Source: an uncultured Rhodobacteraceae bacterium (GTDB lineage Bacteria; Pseudomonadota; Alphaproteobacteria; Rhodobacterales; Rhodobacteraceae). From it: a stretch of 64,000 bases of DNA. Shown here one piece after another: positions 40,240 to 48,622 of the stretch. A model generated the notes under the pieces. That model was not told where the DNA came from. It did no database searches and saw nothing but the letters and a program-made list of their open reading frames with translations. Both the position numbers and the translations under genes were made by a program. Each line of letters opens with the position of its first letter. Position 1 is the stretch's first letter. The stretch spans positions 93,937 through 157,936 of the forward strand of contig CANLEQ010000007.1 in NCBI GenBank assembly GCA_947489705.1, read 5' to 3'.

Positions 40240-40735
40240 GCGGCATCACGAAATGAACCAGGGCCTGGGCATAGAGGCGGTCGCGATTGTCCTGCCACGC
40301 CTCGACCTGAACGCTGGCATAGCGCCGGCCGGAGCGGTTGATCCGCGCGCGCGCATAGGCGTCGCGCGGCAGGCCCGAGCGCAGGTAGTCGATCGTGATG
40401 TCGATGGTCTTGGGCATGCGCGGCATCGTCTCGGGGCCGAGCGCCTCGGGATCGACGCGGCCCGATTCGATCTCGTCCCAGAGCCGCGACCAGGCCAGCG
40501 CGATGGTCGCCGTGGTCTCGAGGAACGCCGCCGTGGCCCCGCCATGGAGCGCCGGCAGCATGGGATTGCCGATCAGCTTGTCGGCATAGGGCAGGATCGA
40601 CGTCAGCTCGTCGCCGCGCCGCTCGAAGCGGATGCCGAGATGGCGCAGATAGGGAATGCCGCCCACCAGCGCCTCGAGCGCCGCGTCGCGGCGATGCTTG
40701 ATGACCTGCACGGGCTCTGGGGGTGGCCGGTTCAT
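40220..40735 (-). CDS. PaaI family thioesterase
   Basis: [25 protein letters not shown]. Confidence 0.9.
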   Translation of the reverse strand: MNRPPPEPVQVIKHRRDAALEALVGGIPYLRHLGIRFERRGDELTSILPYADKLIGNPMLPALHGGATAAFLETTATIALAWSRLWDEIESGRVDPEALGPETMPRMPKTIDITIDYLRSGLPRDAYARARINRSGRRYASVQVEAWQDNRDRLYAQALVHFVMPHARGDG

Positions 40736-41160
40736 CCGGAGGATCCCGGCTCGATCGTGAAGGCACCGGTCGCGGTCGCCACCGGCGCGTCCTCGTCGTC
40801 GTCGAGGGCGCGCGCCCGGACGAAGGCGACGGACCGGGTGACGTGGTAGCATTCGGCCCGCGCGCGGATCGCCTGGCCCGGCGTCGCGGGGCGCATGTAG
40901 TCGATCCTGAGATCGAGCGTCGCCGTGCCCGCGGGCGCGGTGTCGTGCAGCATGACCGCCAGACCGCCGCAGGTATCCATCAGCGCGGAGACCGCGCCGC
41001 CATGGATGATGCCGGTCGCGGGATCGCCGACCAGCTTCGCGTCGTAGGGCATCTCGATTTCCGCAGCCCCCGCGCCAAGATCGACCAGCCGCATGCCCAG
41101 ATCACGGGCATGGGGGATCACCTCCACGAATTGGCGCGCGATTTCGGCACGATCCGTCAC
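40732..41160 (-). CDS. PaaI family thioesterase
   Basis: [11 protein letters not shown]...[15 protein letters not shown]. Confidence 0.9.
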   Translation of the reverse strand: MTDRAEIARQFVEVIPHARDLGMRLVDLGAGAAEIEMPYDAKLVGDPATGIIHGGAVSALMDTCGGLAVMLHDTAPAGTATLDLRIDYMRPATPGQAIRARAECYHVTRSVAFVRARALDDDEDAPVATATGAFTIEPGSSG

Positions 41161-41203
41161 GGCCGGCTCCTTCGCATTCCCGTGTGCGCCCTTTCTATGG
41201 GGC

Positions 41204-41253
41204 TTGAAACGGGATCGACAAGATGTAATTCACTAATGAGAATAATTCGCAAG
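41204..41253 (+). promoter_or_regulatory. Sigma70-like promoter with Mur/Fur(alpha) box
   Basis: TTGAAA (41204)-N16-TAATTC; 7-1-7 palindrome TGAGAAT-A-ATTCGCA at 41237-41251, just upstream of a predicted Mn transporter. Confidence 0.75.
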
Positions 41254-41265
41254 AGCAGGAAGACC

Positions 41266-42414
41266 ATGTCCTCGACCTCCTCCCCGGTCCTCAAGGCGCC
41301 GCATGTCGCGACCGCGCCGCCGTTCGCGCGACGGCCCCGCCGGCTCGCGATTGCCCTGGCGCTCGTCGCGCTCGCGGTCGCGCCGGGCGAGCTCGGGCGG
41401 CTGACACGGGCGCTCCTCACCGACGCCTACGTTCAGGTGAGCGTGTTCGTGGCGGCCACGCTGTTCGTGTTCTACGGGGCGGAGCGGCTCTTCCGGTTCC
41501 GCATCGGGGACGCCCTCGCCAATGCGCGGGGCTGGCAGGTGCCGATCGCGGCCATGCTCGGCGCGACACCGGGTTGCGGCGGCGCGGTGGTGGTGGTGGC
41601 CGCCTATTCCTCGGGGCATGTGAGCTTCGGCGCCGTGGTCGCGACGCTGACCGCGACGATGGGCGACGCCGCGTTCCTGCTGATCGCGACGCGGCCCGAC
41701 GCGGCGGCGGTGGTCCTCCCGATCTCGCTGGCGCTCGGGGTTCTGTCGGGCTGGATCGTCGACCGGCTGCCGCAGGTGGATCTGCGCACCGACGCCGCGC
41801 GCGCGCCGCATGCGCCGCCCCTGATCGGTCGGACGCGGCCGGAACATATGGCCTATCTCGTTTGCGGCGCGCCGGGCCTGATCGTGGGCGTCGCGCAACT
41901 GGCGCAGATCGACATGCCGACGATCCTCGGCGTGCCGGTGCTTTGGATCGCGCTGGCCGGCACGGGCATCGGGCTCTTCATCTGGGCGACCTCGCCACTG
42001 CAGGCGATGACCAATCCCGAGGATCCTCCGGTCGCCCGGATGGCCGAAGAGACGGCGTTCATCTCGATCTGGGTGATCGGCGCCTATCTCGCCTATGACT
42101 ATGCGGTGGCGTTCGCGGGGCTCGATCTTCGGGCCTGGTTCGGGGCGATCGCCCCTGTCCTGCCGCTCGTCGGGGTGCTGATCGGGTTCGTGCCGGGATG
42201 CGGACCGCAGGTCCTGGTCACGACCCTCTATGTCAACGGCCTGGTTCCGTTCTCGGCGTTGATGGCCAATGCGATCTCGAATGACGGCGACGCGCTTTTT
42301 CCCGCCATCGCGCTCAACCCGAGGGCGGCCGTGGTCGCCACGCTCTATTCCGCCGTGCCGGCCCTGGTGGCGGGATACGCGTTCCACATCCTCGCGCCGG
42401 GCTTCATGAACTGA
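41266..42414 (+). CDS. Putative manganese transporter (MntX/DUF2899-type)
   Basis: Duplicated PGCG motif (GATPGCGG; GFVPGCGPQ) with TMGDAAF / SNDGDALF; about 10 TMs; Mur box upstream. Confidence 0.82.
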   Translation: MSSTSSPVLKAPHVATAPPFARRPRRLAIALALVALAVAPGELGRLTRALLTDAYVQVSVFVAATLFVFYGAERLFRFRIGDALANARGWQVPIAAMLGATPGCGGAVVVVAAYSSGHVSFGAVVATLTATMGDAAFLLIATRPDAAAVVLPISLALGVLSGWIVDRLPQVDLRTDAARAPHAPPLIGRTRPEHMAYLVCGAPGLIVGVAQLAQIDMPTILGVPVLWIALAGTGIGLFIWATSPLQAMTNPEDPPVARMAEETAFISIWVIGAYLAYDYAVAFAGLDLRAWFGAIAPVLPLVGVLIGFVPGCGPQVLVTTLYVNGLVPFSALMANAISNDGDALFPAIALNPRAAVVATLYSAVPALVAGYAFHILAPGFMN

Positions 42415-42444
42415 GCGCCGGCGCGGGCAACCTGCCGCGATCCC

Positions 42445-42470
42445 GGAACGTCCCCGCGCCTCGCGTCGTT
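42445..42470 (+). promoter_or_regulatory. EcfG (general stress ECF sigma) promoter
   Basis: GGAAC-N17-CGTT, 26 bp before ATG 42497. Confidence 0.7.
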
Positions 42471-42496
42471 GCCCAGACAACAGCGCGGAGCATTCC

Positions 42497-43255
42497 ATGA
42501 CCGACCCTCTATGCCTCGCCGTGATCGGCGCCACCGGCGCCACCGGCCGGCAGATCGTGACGCAGGCCCTGTCGCGCGGGCACAAGGTCCGCGCGATTGA
42601 GCCCGTATTTCCCGACGATCCGACGCTGCCCGGCACGATCGAGCGGGTCACGGCCGACGTGCGGGGCGACGACCTGCGGGCGGCGCTCGAAGGATGCGAC
42701 GTGGTGATCTCGGCCATCGGCATGGGGCTCTCGCCCGAAGCCGTTCTGGCGCCGCCGCCGCTCTATACCGAAGGCGCCGTTCGCATCACCGAGGCCATGC
42801 GCGCCAATGGGCAGCGTCGCCTGATCGTCGTCTCGGCCAGTTTCGTGGCCGCACGCAACCGCGGGCCGCGCTGGTTCCGGCTGGCATCGGGGATTGCGCT
42901 CGACCGCATCTTCACGCAGATGGGCGAAATGGAGCGCATCCTGCGTGCAAACCCCGACATCGACTGGACCGCCGTGCGCCCCGGCTGGCTCATGGAGGGT
43001 GACCTGACGGCGGATTACGTGGTGACGCCCGAAAGCATCGCGCCGGACCTGATCCGGACGCGGCGCGCGGACCTGGCGCATTTCATCCTGAATTGCGCCG
43101 AAAGCGGCGATTGGATCCGCGGCACGCCCGCCATCGCGCGCGCCGAACCCGCATCCGCAAGCCGGCCCGACCGCCTGCTCGAGGAGCTCATGCGGACGAT
43201 CACGAAAGAGGCGGCCGCGCGCCGAAAGGAGCACCGGGACCGCCATGAGCGATGA
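42497..43255 (+). CDS. NAD(P)H-binding atypical SDR (flavin/biliverdin reductase B-like)
   Basis: VIGATGATG, DWTAVRPG, RADLA. Confidence 0.88.
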   Translation: MTDPLCLAVIGATGATGRQIVTQALSRGHKVRAIEPVFPDDPTLPGTIERVTADVRGDDLRAALEGCDVVISAIGMGLSPEAVLAPPPLYTEGAVRITEAMRANGQRRLIVVSASFVAARNRGPRWFRLASGIALDRIFTQMGEMERILRANPDIDWTAVRPGWLMEGDLTADYVVTPESIAPDLIRTRRADLAHFILNCAESGDWIRGTPAIARAEPASASRPDRLLEELMRTITKEAAARRKEHRDRHER

Positions 43256-43613
43256 GAGATTGTCCCTGAAAGAGATGTGCGCGCGGTTCGAGGTCACGCC
43301 GCGCACCCTGCGCTATTACGAGTATATCGAACTGCTCGAGCCGCAGCGCGACGGTCGCGCGCGTTTCTACGGGCCCAGATGCGTCGCGCGGATGACCCTG
43401 ATCATGCGCGGACGACGCTGGGGGTTCAGCCTCGAGGAGATCCGGCAATGGCTGTCGCTCTACGATCATCAGGGGACGGACGCGCAGATGCGCGCTTGGG
43501 TCGAGCTCGCCGACCGCAAGCTTGCCGAGTTGCGGGAGGATCTCGCGCGCCGAGAAAAGGCAATCGACGAGCTTCAATCCAGCCGCGATCGCGTCGCCCG
43601 GACGCTCGACTGA
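43245..43613 (+). CDS. MerR family regulator (LiuR paralog)
   Basis: FEVTPRTLRYYE, R.TLI.RGRRWGFSLEEI. Confidence 0.9.
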   Translation: MSDERLSLKEMCARFEVTPRTLRYYEYIELLEPQRDGRARFYGPRCVARMTLIMRGRRWGFSLEEIRQWLSLYDHQGTDAQMRAWVELADRKLAELREDLARREKAIDELQSSRDRVARTLD

Positions 43614-43629
43614 CCCAATTTGCCTAAAG

Positions 43630-43660
43630 TTGACGCAACGTTTGCATTACGTAAACGTAA
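43630..43660 (+). promoter_or_regulatory. Promoter with LiuR operator
   Basis: TTGACG at 43630; palindrome TTACGT-AA-ACGTAA at 43647-43660 matching the LiuR consensus TTGACGT-NN-ACGTAA. Confidence 0.78.
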
Positions 43661-43729
43661 CCTTTGCTTGCCCGACCCGGTGCCGATGCGGCAGATACGG
43701 TGGGCGGGCGGGTGACAAGCGAAGGCGTG

Positions 43730-44128
43730 ATGATGACCGAAGACCTAATGACGATCCGGAATATGTGTGACGCGTTCGACGTCACGCCGCGCACCCTGAG
43801 GTTCTACGAATCGAAGGAATTGCTCGCCCCCGTGCGCGACGGACAGAAGCGCCTCTTCACGCGGCGCGACCGGGCGCGCCTGAAGCTGATCCAGCGCGGC
43901 AAGCGGTTCGGGTTCAGCCTGGAAGAGATCCGGCAATTGCTGGACCTCTACGAGCTCGGGGATGGTCAGGAAACGCAGCTCCGCCGCACCTACGACATCG
44001 CACGCGAACGCCTTGCCGACCTCAAGCAGCGTCGCGCCGAGATCGACGAGGCGATCGCCGATCTCGGCGAGCAGATCCGCTGGGGCGAGGATGCCCTCGC
44101 CAAGCTCAGCCGCGGCTCCGCCGCCTGA
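43730..44128 (+). CDS. liuR: MerR family regulator LiuR
   Basis: FDVTPRTLRFYE, RDRARLKLI.RGKRFGFSLEEI; LiuR box upstream; acyl-CoA genes downstream. Confidence 0.8.
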   Translation: MMTEDLMTIRNMCDAFDVTPRTLRFYESKELLAPVRDGQKRLFTRRDRARLKLIQRGKRFGFSLEEIRQLLDLYELGDGQETQLRRTYDIARERLADLKQRRAEIDEAIADLGEQIRWGEDALAKLSRGSAA

Positions 44129-44161
44129 TTTCCCCCCGGTTCGACACGACAGGATTGTCCG

Positions 44162-45940
44162 ATGCCCGTCTACACTGCCCCCCTCCAGGATCTGCAATTC
44201 GTCCTGCACGACGTCCTGAACGTCTCGCAAAGCGCCACGCCCGGCTATGACGAGCTCGACGTCGATCTGACCCGTGCGGTCCTGACGGAAGCCGGCAAGA
44301 TCGCCGAGAACGTGCTGGCCCCGCTCAACCCCGTGGGCGACCGCGAGGGATGCCGTCTCGAGAACGGCGTCGTCCGCACCCCCGAAGGATTCGCCGCGGC
44401 CTATGCCGAGATGCGCGCGGGCGGCTGGATGGGGCTCGATTGCGACCCGGATTACGGCGGTCAGGGCATGCCGCACCTGCTGCAATCGGCGGTGGGCGAG
44501 ATCTTCGTCTCGGCCAACATGGCGTTCAACATGTATCAGGGCCTGTCGCACGGGGCCTACAACGCCATCCATACCCACGGAACCGACGCACAGAAGCGCA
44601 CCTATCTGCCCAACATCGTCGACGGGATCTGGTCGGGCACGATGAACCTGACCGAACCGCATTGCGGCACCGATCTGGGCCTCATCCGCACCAAGGCCGA
44701 GCCGCAGCAGGACGGCAGCTACAAGATCAGCGGCCAGAAGATCTGGATCTCGGCGGGCGAACACGACCTGACCGACAACATCATTCACCTGGTCCTCGCC
44801 CGGATCCCCGGCGGGCCCGAGGGCGTGAAGGGCATTTCCCTCTTCATCGTGCCGAAATTCCTGGTGGGCGAAGACGGCGCGCTCGGCGACCGCAACACCC
44901 TCTCCTGCGGCGGGCTCGAGAGCAAGATGGGCATTCACGGCAACGCCACCTGCGTGATGAACTACGACGGCGCCACCGGCTTCCTGCTGGGCGAAGAGCA
45001 CAAGGGCATGCGCGCGATGTTCACCATGATGAACGAGGCGCGGCTCGGCGTCGGCGTGCAGGGATATGCCCAGGCGGCGGTCGCCTATCAGAACGCGCTC
45101 GCCTTCGCGCGCGACAGGCTCCAAGGCCGCGACGTGACGGGGGCACGCAACCCGGAGGGCCCCGCGGATCCGATCATCGTGCATCCCGACGTCCGCCGGA
45201 ACCTGCTCGACCAGAAGAGCTTCGTGGAGGGCGCGCGGGCATTCGCGCTTTGGGGGGCCTCGCTGATCGACGGCTCGCATCGCGGCGGCGATGCCGAGGA
45301 CGAAGCGATGATCTCGCTGCTCACGCCGGTCCTCAAGGGGTTCCTGACCGACAAGGGCTTCGAGACGACCGTGCTGGCCCAGCAGACGCTCGGCGGTTCG
45401 GGCTTCACCCGGGAATGGGGGCTCGAGCAATTCGTTCGCGATGCGCGCATCACGATGATCTACGAGGGAACCAACGGCATCCAGTCCCTCGATCTGGTGG
45501 GGCGCAAGCTCGGCCTCAACGGCGGCAAGACGATCATGGCGTTCTTCCGGATGGTGAAGGACTTCATCGCGGCGAACGGCGACGATCCCGCAATCGTGGC
45601 CGACTTTCTCGTGCCGCTCGAACGGGCCAGCAAGGATCTTGAGGCGGCCAGCATGTACTTCATGGAGAACGGCATGAAGGACCCCAACAACGCGCTTTCG
45701 GGCAGTTACGACTACATGCATCTCTTCGGGCATGTCTGCCTCGGCCTGAGCTGGGCGCGCATGGCGAGGGCCGCGCGGATCGCGCTCGACGCAGGAGCGT
45801 CGGATACGGAGTTCTATGAGACCAAGCTCGCGACAGGCCGGTACTACATGGCGCGCCACCTGCCGGCGACCGCCCTGCACCGCGCGCGGATCGAAACCGG
45901 TGCGGCCCCCGTCATGACGCTGGACGCTGCCTGCTTCTGA
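44162..45940 (+). CDS. Acyl-CoA dehydrogenase
   Basis: [42 protein letters not shown]. Confidence 0.95.
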   Translation: MPVYTAPLQDLQFVLHDVLNVSQSATPGYDELDVDLTRAVLTEAGKIAENVLAPLNPVGDREGCRLENGVVRTPEGFAAAYAEMRAGGWMGLDCDPDYGGQGMPHLLQSAVGEIFVSANMAFNMYQGLSHGAYNAIHTHGTDAQKRTYLPNIVDGIWSGTMNLTEPHCGTDLGLIRTKAEPQQDGSYKISGQKIWISAGEHDLTDNIIHLVLARIPGGPEGVKGISLFIVPKFLVGEDGALGDRNTLSCGGLESKMGIHGNATCVMNYDGATGFLLGEEHKGMRAMFTMMNEARLGVGVQGYAQAAVAYQNALAFARDRLQGRDVTGARNPEGPADPIIVHPDVRRNLLDQKSFVEGARAFALWGASLIDGSHRGGDAEDEAMISLLTPVLKGFLTDKGFETTVLAQQTLGGSGFTREWGLEQFVRDARITMIYEGTNGIQSLDLVGRKLGLNGGKTIMAFFRMVKDFIAANGDDPAIVADFLVPLERASKDLEAASMYFMENGMKDPNNALSGSYDYMHLFGHVCLGLSWARMARAARIALDAGASDTEFYETKLATGRYYMARHLPATALHRARIETGAAPVMTLDAACF

Positions 45941-46038
45941 CGAAACGCCGAGACCGTTGCGCGGCAGAAGCGACATGTCGGAAGCGCCCGCGAAGCCCCG
46001 ATGCCGGCGCGGCGCGCATGTGCGGGACGCCTCCGGCG

Positions 46039-46256
46039 GGAGTATTTCAGGACAGATGAAGACCCGGCGGATCACCCCGTTCCGGCGACAGCAGATACCG
46101 CCAAACGACCGGAACGGGGCTTCACCTGTCGCGGTCATCGGCTCTCCAGCCTGTACCGCGACAAAAACCTAGCGCGCCGACCCTAATCCCCGGTTACTAT
46201 CCTGCTTCATCTGTCTGAAAAATACTCCGCGGGGGTGCGGGGGCGCGAAGCCCCCG
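46039..46256. repeat. Inverted pair of short intergenic repeat units, the right copy followed by a GC hairpin
   Basis: GGAGTATTTCAGGACAGATGAAG (46039-46061) is near reverse complement of CTTCATCTGTCTGAAAAATACTCC (46205-46228); GCGGGGGC-GCGAA-GCCCCCGC follows. Confidence 0.65.
46070..46170 (-). ncRNA. Candidate two-hairpin small RNA (strand uncertain)
   Basis: 11-bp stem 46075-46085/46109-46119 and 9-bp stem 46127-46135/46155-46163 in a 345-bp gap inside an otherwise tightly packed co-directional gene run. Confidence 0.4.
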
Positions 46257-46285
46257 CCGGCGATCCGCAAACCAGAGGGCGCGAC

Positions 46286-46927
46286 ATGACGATCCAACTC
46301 CATTGCTTCGGCGAATCGGGAAATGCCTACAAGGCGGCGCTGACACTCGAACTGGCGGGCCTCGACTGGGCGCCGGTTTTCGTCGATTTCTTCAACGGCG
46401 AGACGCGCGGCGACGCCTGGCGGTCGCGTCTCAACGAGATGGGCGAGGTGCCGGTCCTCATCGACGGCGACATGCTTCTCAGTCAGTCTGCGGTGATCCA
46501 GGATTACCTGGTCGAGAGATCCGGCAAGCTCGGTGGCGCGCCCGAGGATCGGCGCGAGATCCTGCGCTGGCAATTCTGGGACAACCACAAGCTCAGCGGT
46601 CAGGCCGGCATGACGCGGTTCCTGATGAACTTCCTGCCCGAGGAAAAGCGGCAGCAGCCCGTCATCGATTTCATGCAGGGCCGGTTGCGGGCCGCGTATC
46701 AGGTGCTCGACGCGCATCTCGGAGATCGCGACTGGATCGCCGGTCGCGACGTCACGGTCGCCGATCTCTCGTGTTGCGGGTATCTCTACTATCCGGAGCC
46801 GTTCGGGTTCGACCGCGCCGAATGGCCCGCGATCGACCGTTGGCTCGGGGCGATCCAGTCCCTTCCGGGCTGGAAGCACCCCTACGATTTGATGCCCCGC
46901 GGGCTGGCCGACGCCGCGGGCGCGTGA
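46286..46927 (+). CDS. Glutathione S-transferase family protein
   Basis: ESGNAYK, N.MGEVPVL, SQSAVI..YL, TVADLS. Confidence 0.92.
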   Translation: MTIQLHCFGESGNAYKAALTLELAGLDWAPVFVDFFNGETRGDAWRSRLNEMGEVPVLIDGDMLLSQSAVIQDYLVERSGKLGGAPEDRREILRWQFWDNHKLSGQAGMTRFLMNFLPEEKRQQPVIDFMQGRLRAAYQVLDAHLGDRDWIAGRDVTVADLSCCGYLYYPEPFGFDRAEWPAIDRWLGAIQSLPGWKHPYDLMPRGLADAAGA

Positions 46928-46937
46928 GGAGGACGAC

Positions 46938-48152
46938 ATGAACGACGCCTATATCTACGACGCGGTGCGGAGCCCCCGCGGCAAGGGCCGCAAGGACGGC
47001 GCGCTTCACGAGGTGACGAGCGTGCGGCTGAGCGCGCAGGTGCTCGACGCGATCAAGACCCGCAACGGGCTCGAAGGACATGCGGTGGAGGACGTGATCT
47101 GGGGCAACGTCACGCAGGTCGCCGAGCAGGGCGGATGCCTTGCACGCACCGCGGTGCTCGCCTCCGATCTCGACGAGTCGATCCCGGGCGTCTCGATCAA
47201 CCGGTTCTGCGCCAGCGGGCTCGAGGCGGTGAACATGGCCGCCGCGCAGATCCGCGGCGGAAGCGGTCATGGCTATATTGCAGGCGGCGTCGAGATGATG
47301 GGCCGCGTCGCCATGGGCAGCGACGGCGCCGCCATCGCGGTCGACCCGAGCGTGGCGATGCAAAGCTATTTCGTGCCCCAGGGGATTTCGGCGGACATCA
47401 TCGCCACGCAATACGGGTTCAGCCGCGACGAGGCCGACGCCTTCGCGGTGGAAAGCCAGAGGCGCGCGGCGGCCGCGTGGGACGACAACCGGTTCGTGAA
47501 ATCAGTGGTCGAGATCAAGGATCGCAACGGTCTCGGGATCCTCGGCCGCGACGAATACATGCGTCCCGGCACCGACATGCAGAGCCTGGGCGCGCTCAAC
47601 CCGTCGTTCAGGGAAATGGGCGAGATCATGCCGGGCTTCGACAAGGTCGCGCTGATGAAATATCCGCATCTCGAGCGGATCGAGCATATCCACCATGCGG
47701 GCAACAGTTCGGGCATCGTCGACGGCGCCGCCGCGCTTCTGGTGGGGGATGCCGAGTTCGGCCGGATGAACGGCCTGACCCCGCGCGCCCGGATCCGCGC
47801 CTCGGCCAAGATCGGGACGGATCCCACGATCATGCTGACCGGTCCGGTGCCCGTGACCGAGAAGATCCTGCGCGACAGCGGCATGGAGATCGGCGACATC
47901 GACCTCTTCGAAGTGAACGAGGCGTTCGCGTCGGTCGTGCTGCGGTTCATGCAGGCCTTCGACGTCGACCATTCCCGCGTCAACGTGAACGGGGGCGCGA
48001 TCGCGATGGGCCATCCGCTGGGCGCGACGGGCGCGATCATCCTCGGAACGCTCCTCGACGAGCTGGAACGGTCGGATCGCGAGGTGGGTCTCGCCACCCT
48101 CTGCATCGCTTCGGGGATGGGGGCCGCCACGATCATCGAGCGCGTCGGATGA
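46938..48152 (+). CDS. Acetyl-CoA C-acyltransferase (thiolase)
   Basis: INRFCASG, NEAFA, GHPLGATG, LCIASGMG. Confidence 0.95.
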   Translation: MNDAYIYDAVRSPRGKGRKDGALHEVTSVRLSAQVLDAIKTRNGLEGHAVEDVIWGNVTQVAEQGGCLARTAVLASDLDESIPGVSINRFCASGLEAVNMAAAQIRGGSGHGYIAGGVEMMGRVAMGSDGAAIAVDPSVAMQSYFVPQGISADIIATQYGFSRDEADAFAVESQRRAAAAWDDNRFVKSVVEIKDRNGLGILGRDEYMRPGTDMQSLGALNPSFREMGEIMPGFDKVALMKYPHLERIEHIHHAGNSSGIVDGAAALLVGDAEFGRMNGLTPRARIRASAKIGTDPTIMLTGPVPVTEKILRDSGMEIGDIDLFEVNEAFASVVLRFMQAFDVDHSRVNVNGGAIAMGHPLGATGAIILGTLLDELERSDREVGLATLCIASGMGAATIIERVG

Positions 48153-48622
48153 GTTGCAAGGATACCGTCGAGGCCTGGCTTCTTCGGACCGCCGTGATCG
48201 CGTTCGAGCGCGATTTTGCGGCCTTTCGCGAGCGTGTTCTGTTGCCCATCCGCGTGAGCACGCTGACCGGAAGCGCCGTGCTGTCGACGGATGACGAACT
48301 GGCGCAGGTCTTCTTCGAATGGATCGAACTGCTCGGCTCGCTCGGGGTGGATCAGTCGCTGCGTCATGTCGAGGAGATCGTGCCGGACGGGCCCAACCGG
48401 ATCCGCTGCCGGTATACGAGCGAGTTGCTGCGCGAGGGGATGCGCGTCTGCCCGGCCTATCGGGCGGTCTGCGTGCTCGAGTTCCACGAGGGCGTCTGGA
48501 AGGCGCAGGACGTGTGGGTGGAAGTCGAGAACCGCTCGTTCCCGTTGACCGCGCCGAGGATTCGCAAGCCAAGAGATGAGGGCGACGCCACGGCGCGCCT
48601 TGCCAGGGAGAAGACGACATGA
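48149..48622 (+). CDS. Hypothetical protein (possible SnoaL/NTF2-like fold)
   Basis: ATGA overlaps at both ends between thiolase and the multifunctional beta-oxidation gene. Confidence 0.7.
   Translation: MSCKDTVEAWLLRTAVIAFERDFAAFRERVLLPIRVSTLTGSAVLSTDDELAQVFFEWIELLGSLGVDQSLRHVEEIVPDGPNRIRCRYTSELLREGMRVCPAYRAVCVLEFHEGVWKAQDVWVEVENRSFPLTAPRIRKPRDEGDATARLAREKTT

Noticed and set aside
45957..46186. Small ORFs of 71 and 61 aa in the acd-gst gap
   Set aside because: No convincing RBS or codon bias; the sequence is better explained by hairpins and repeats
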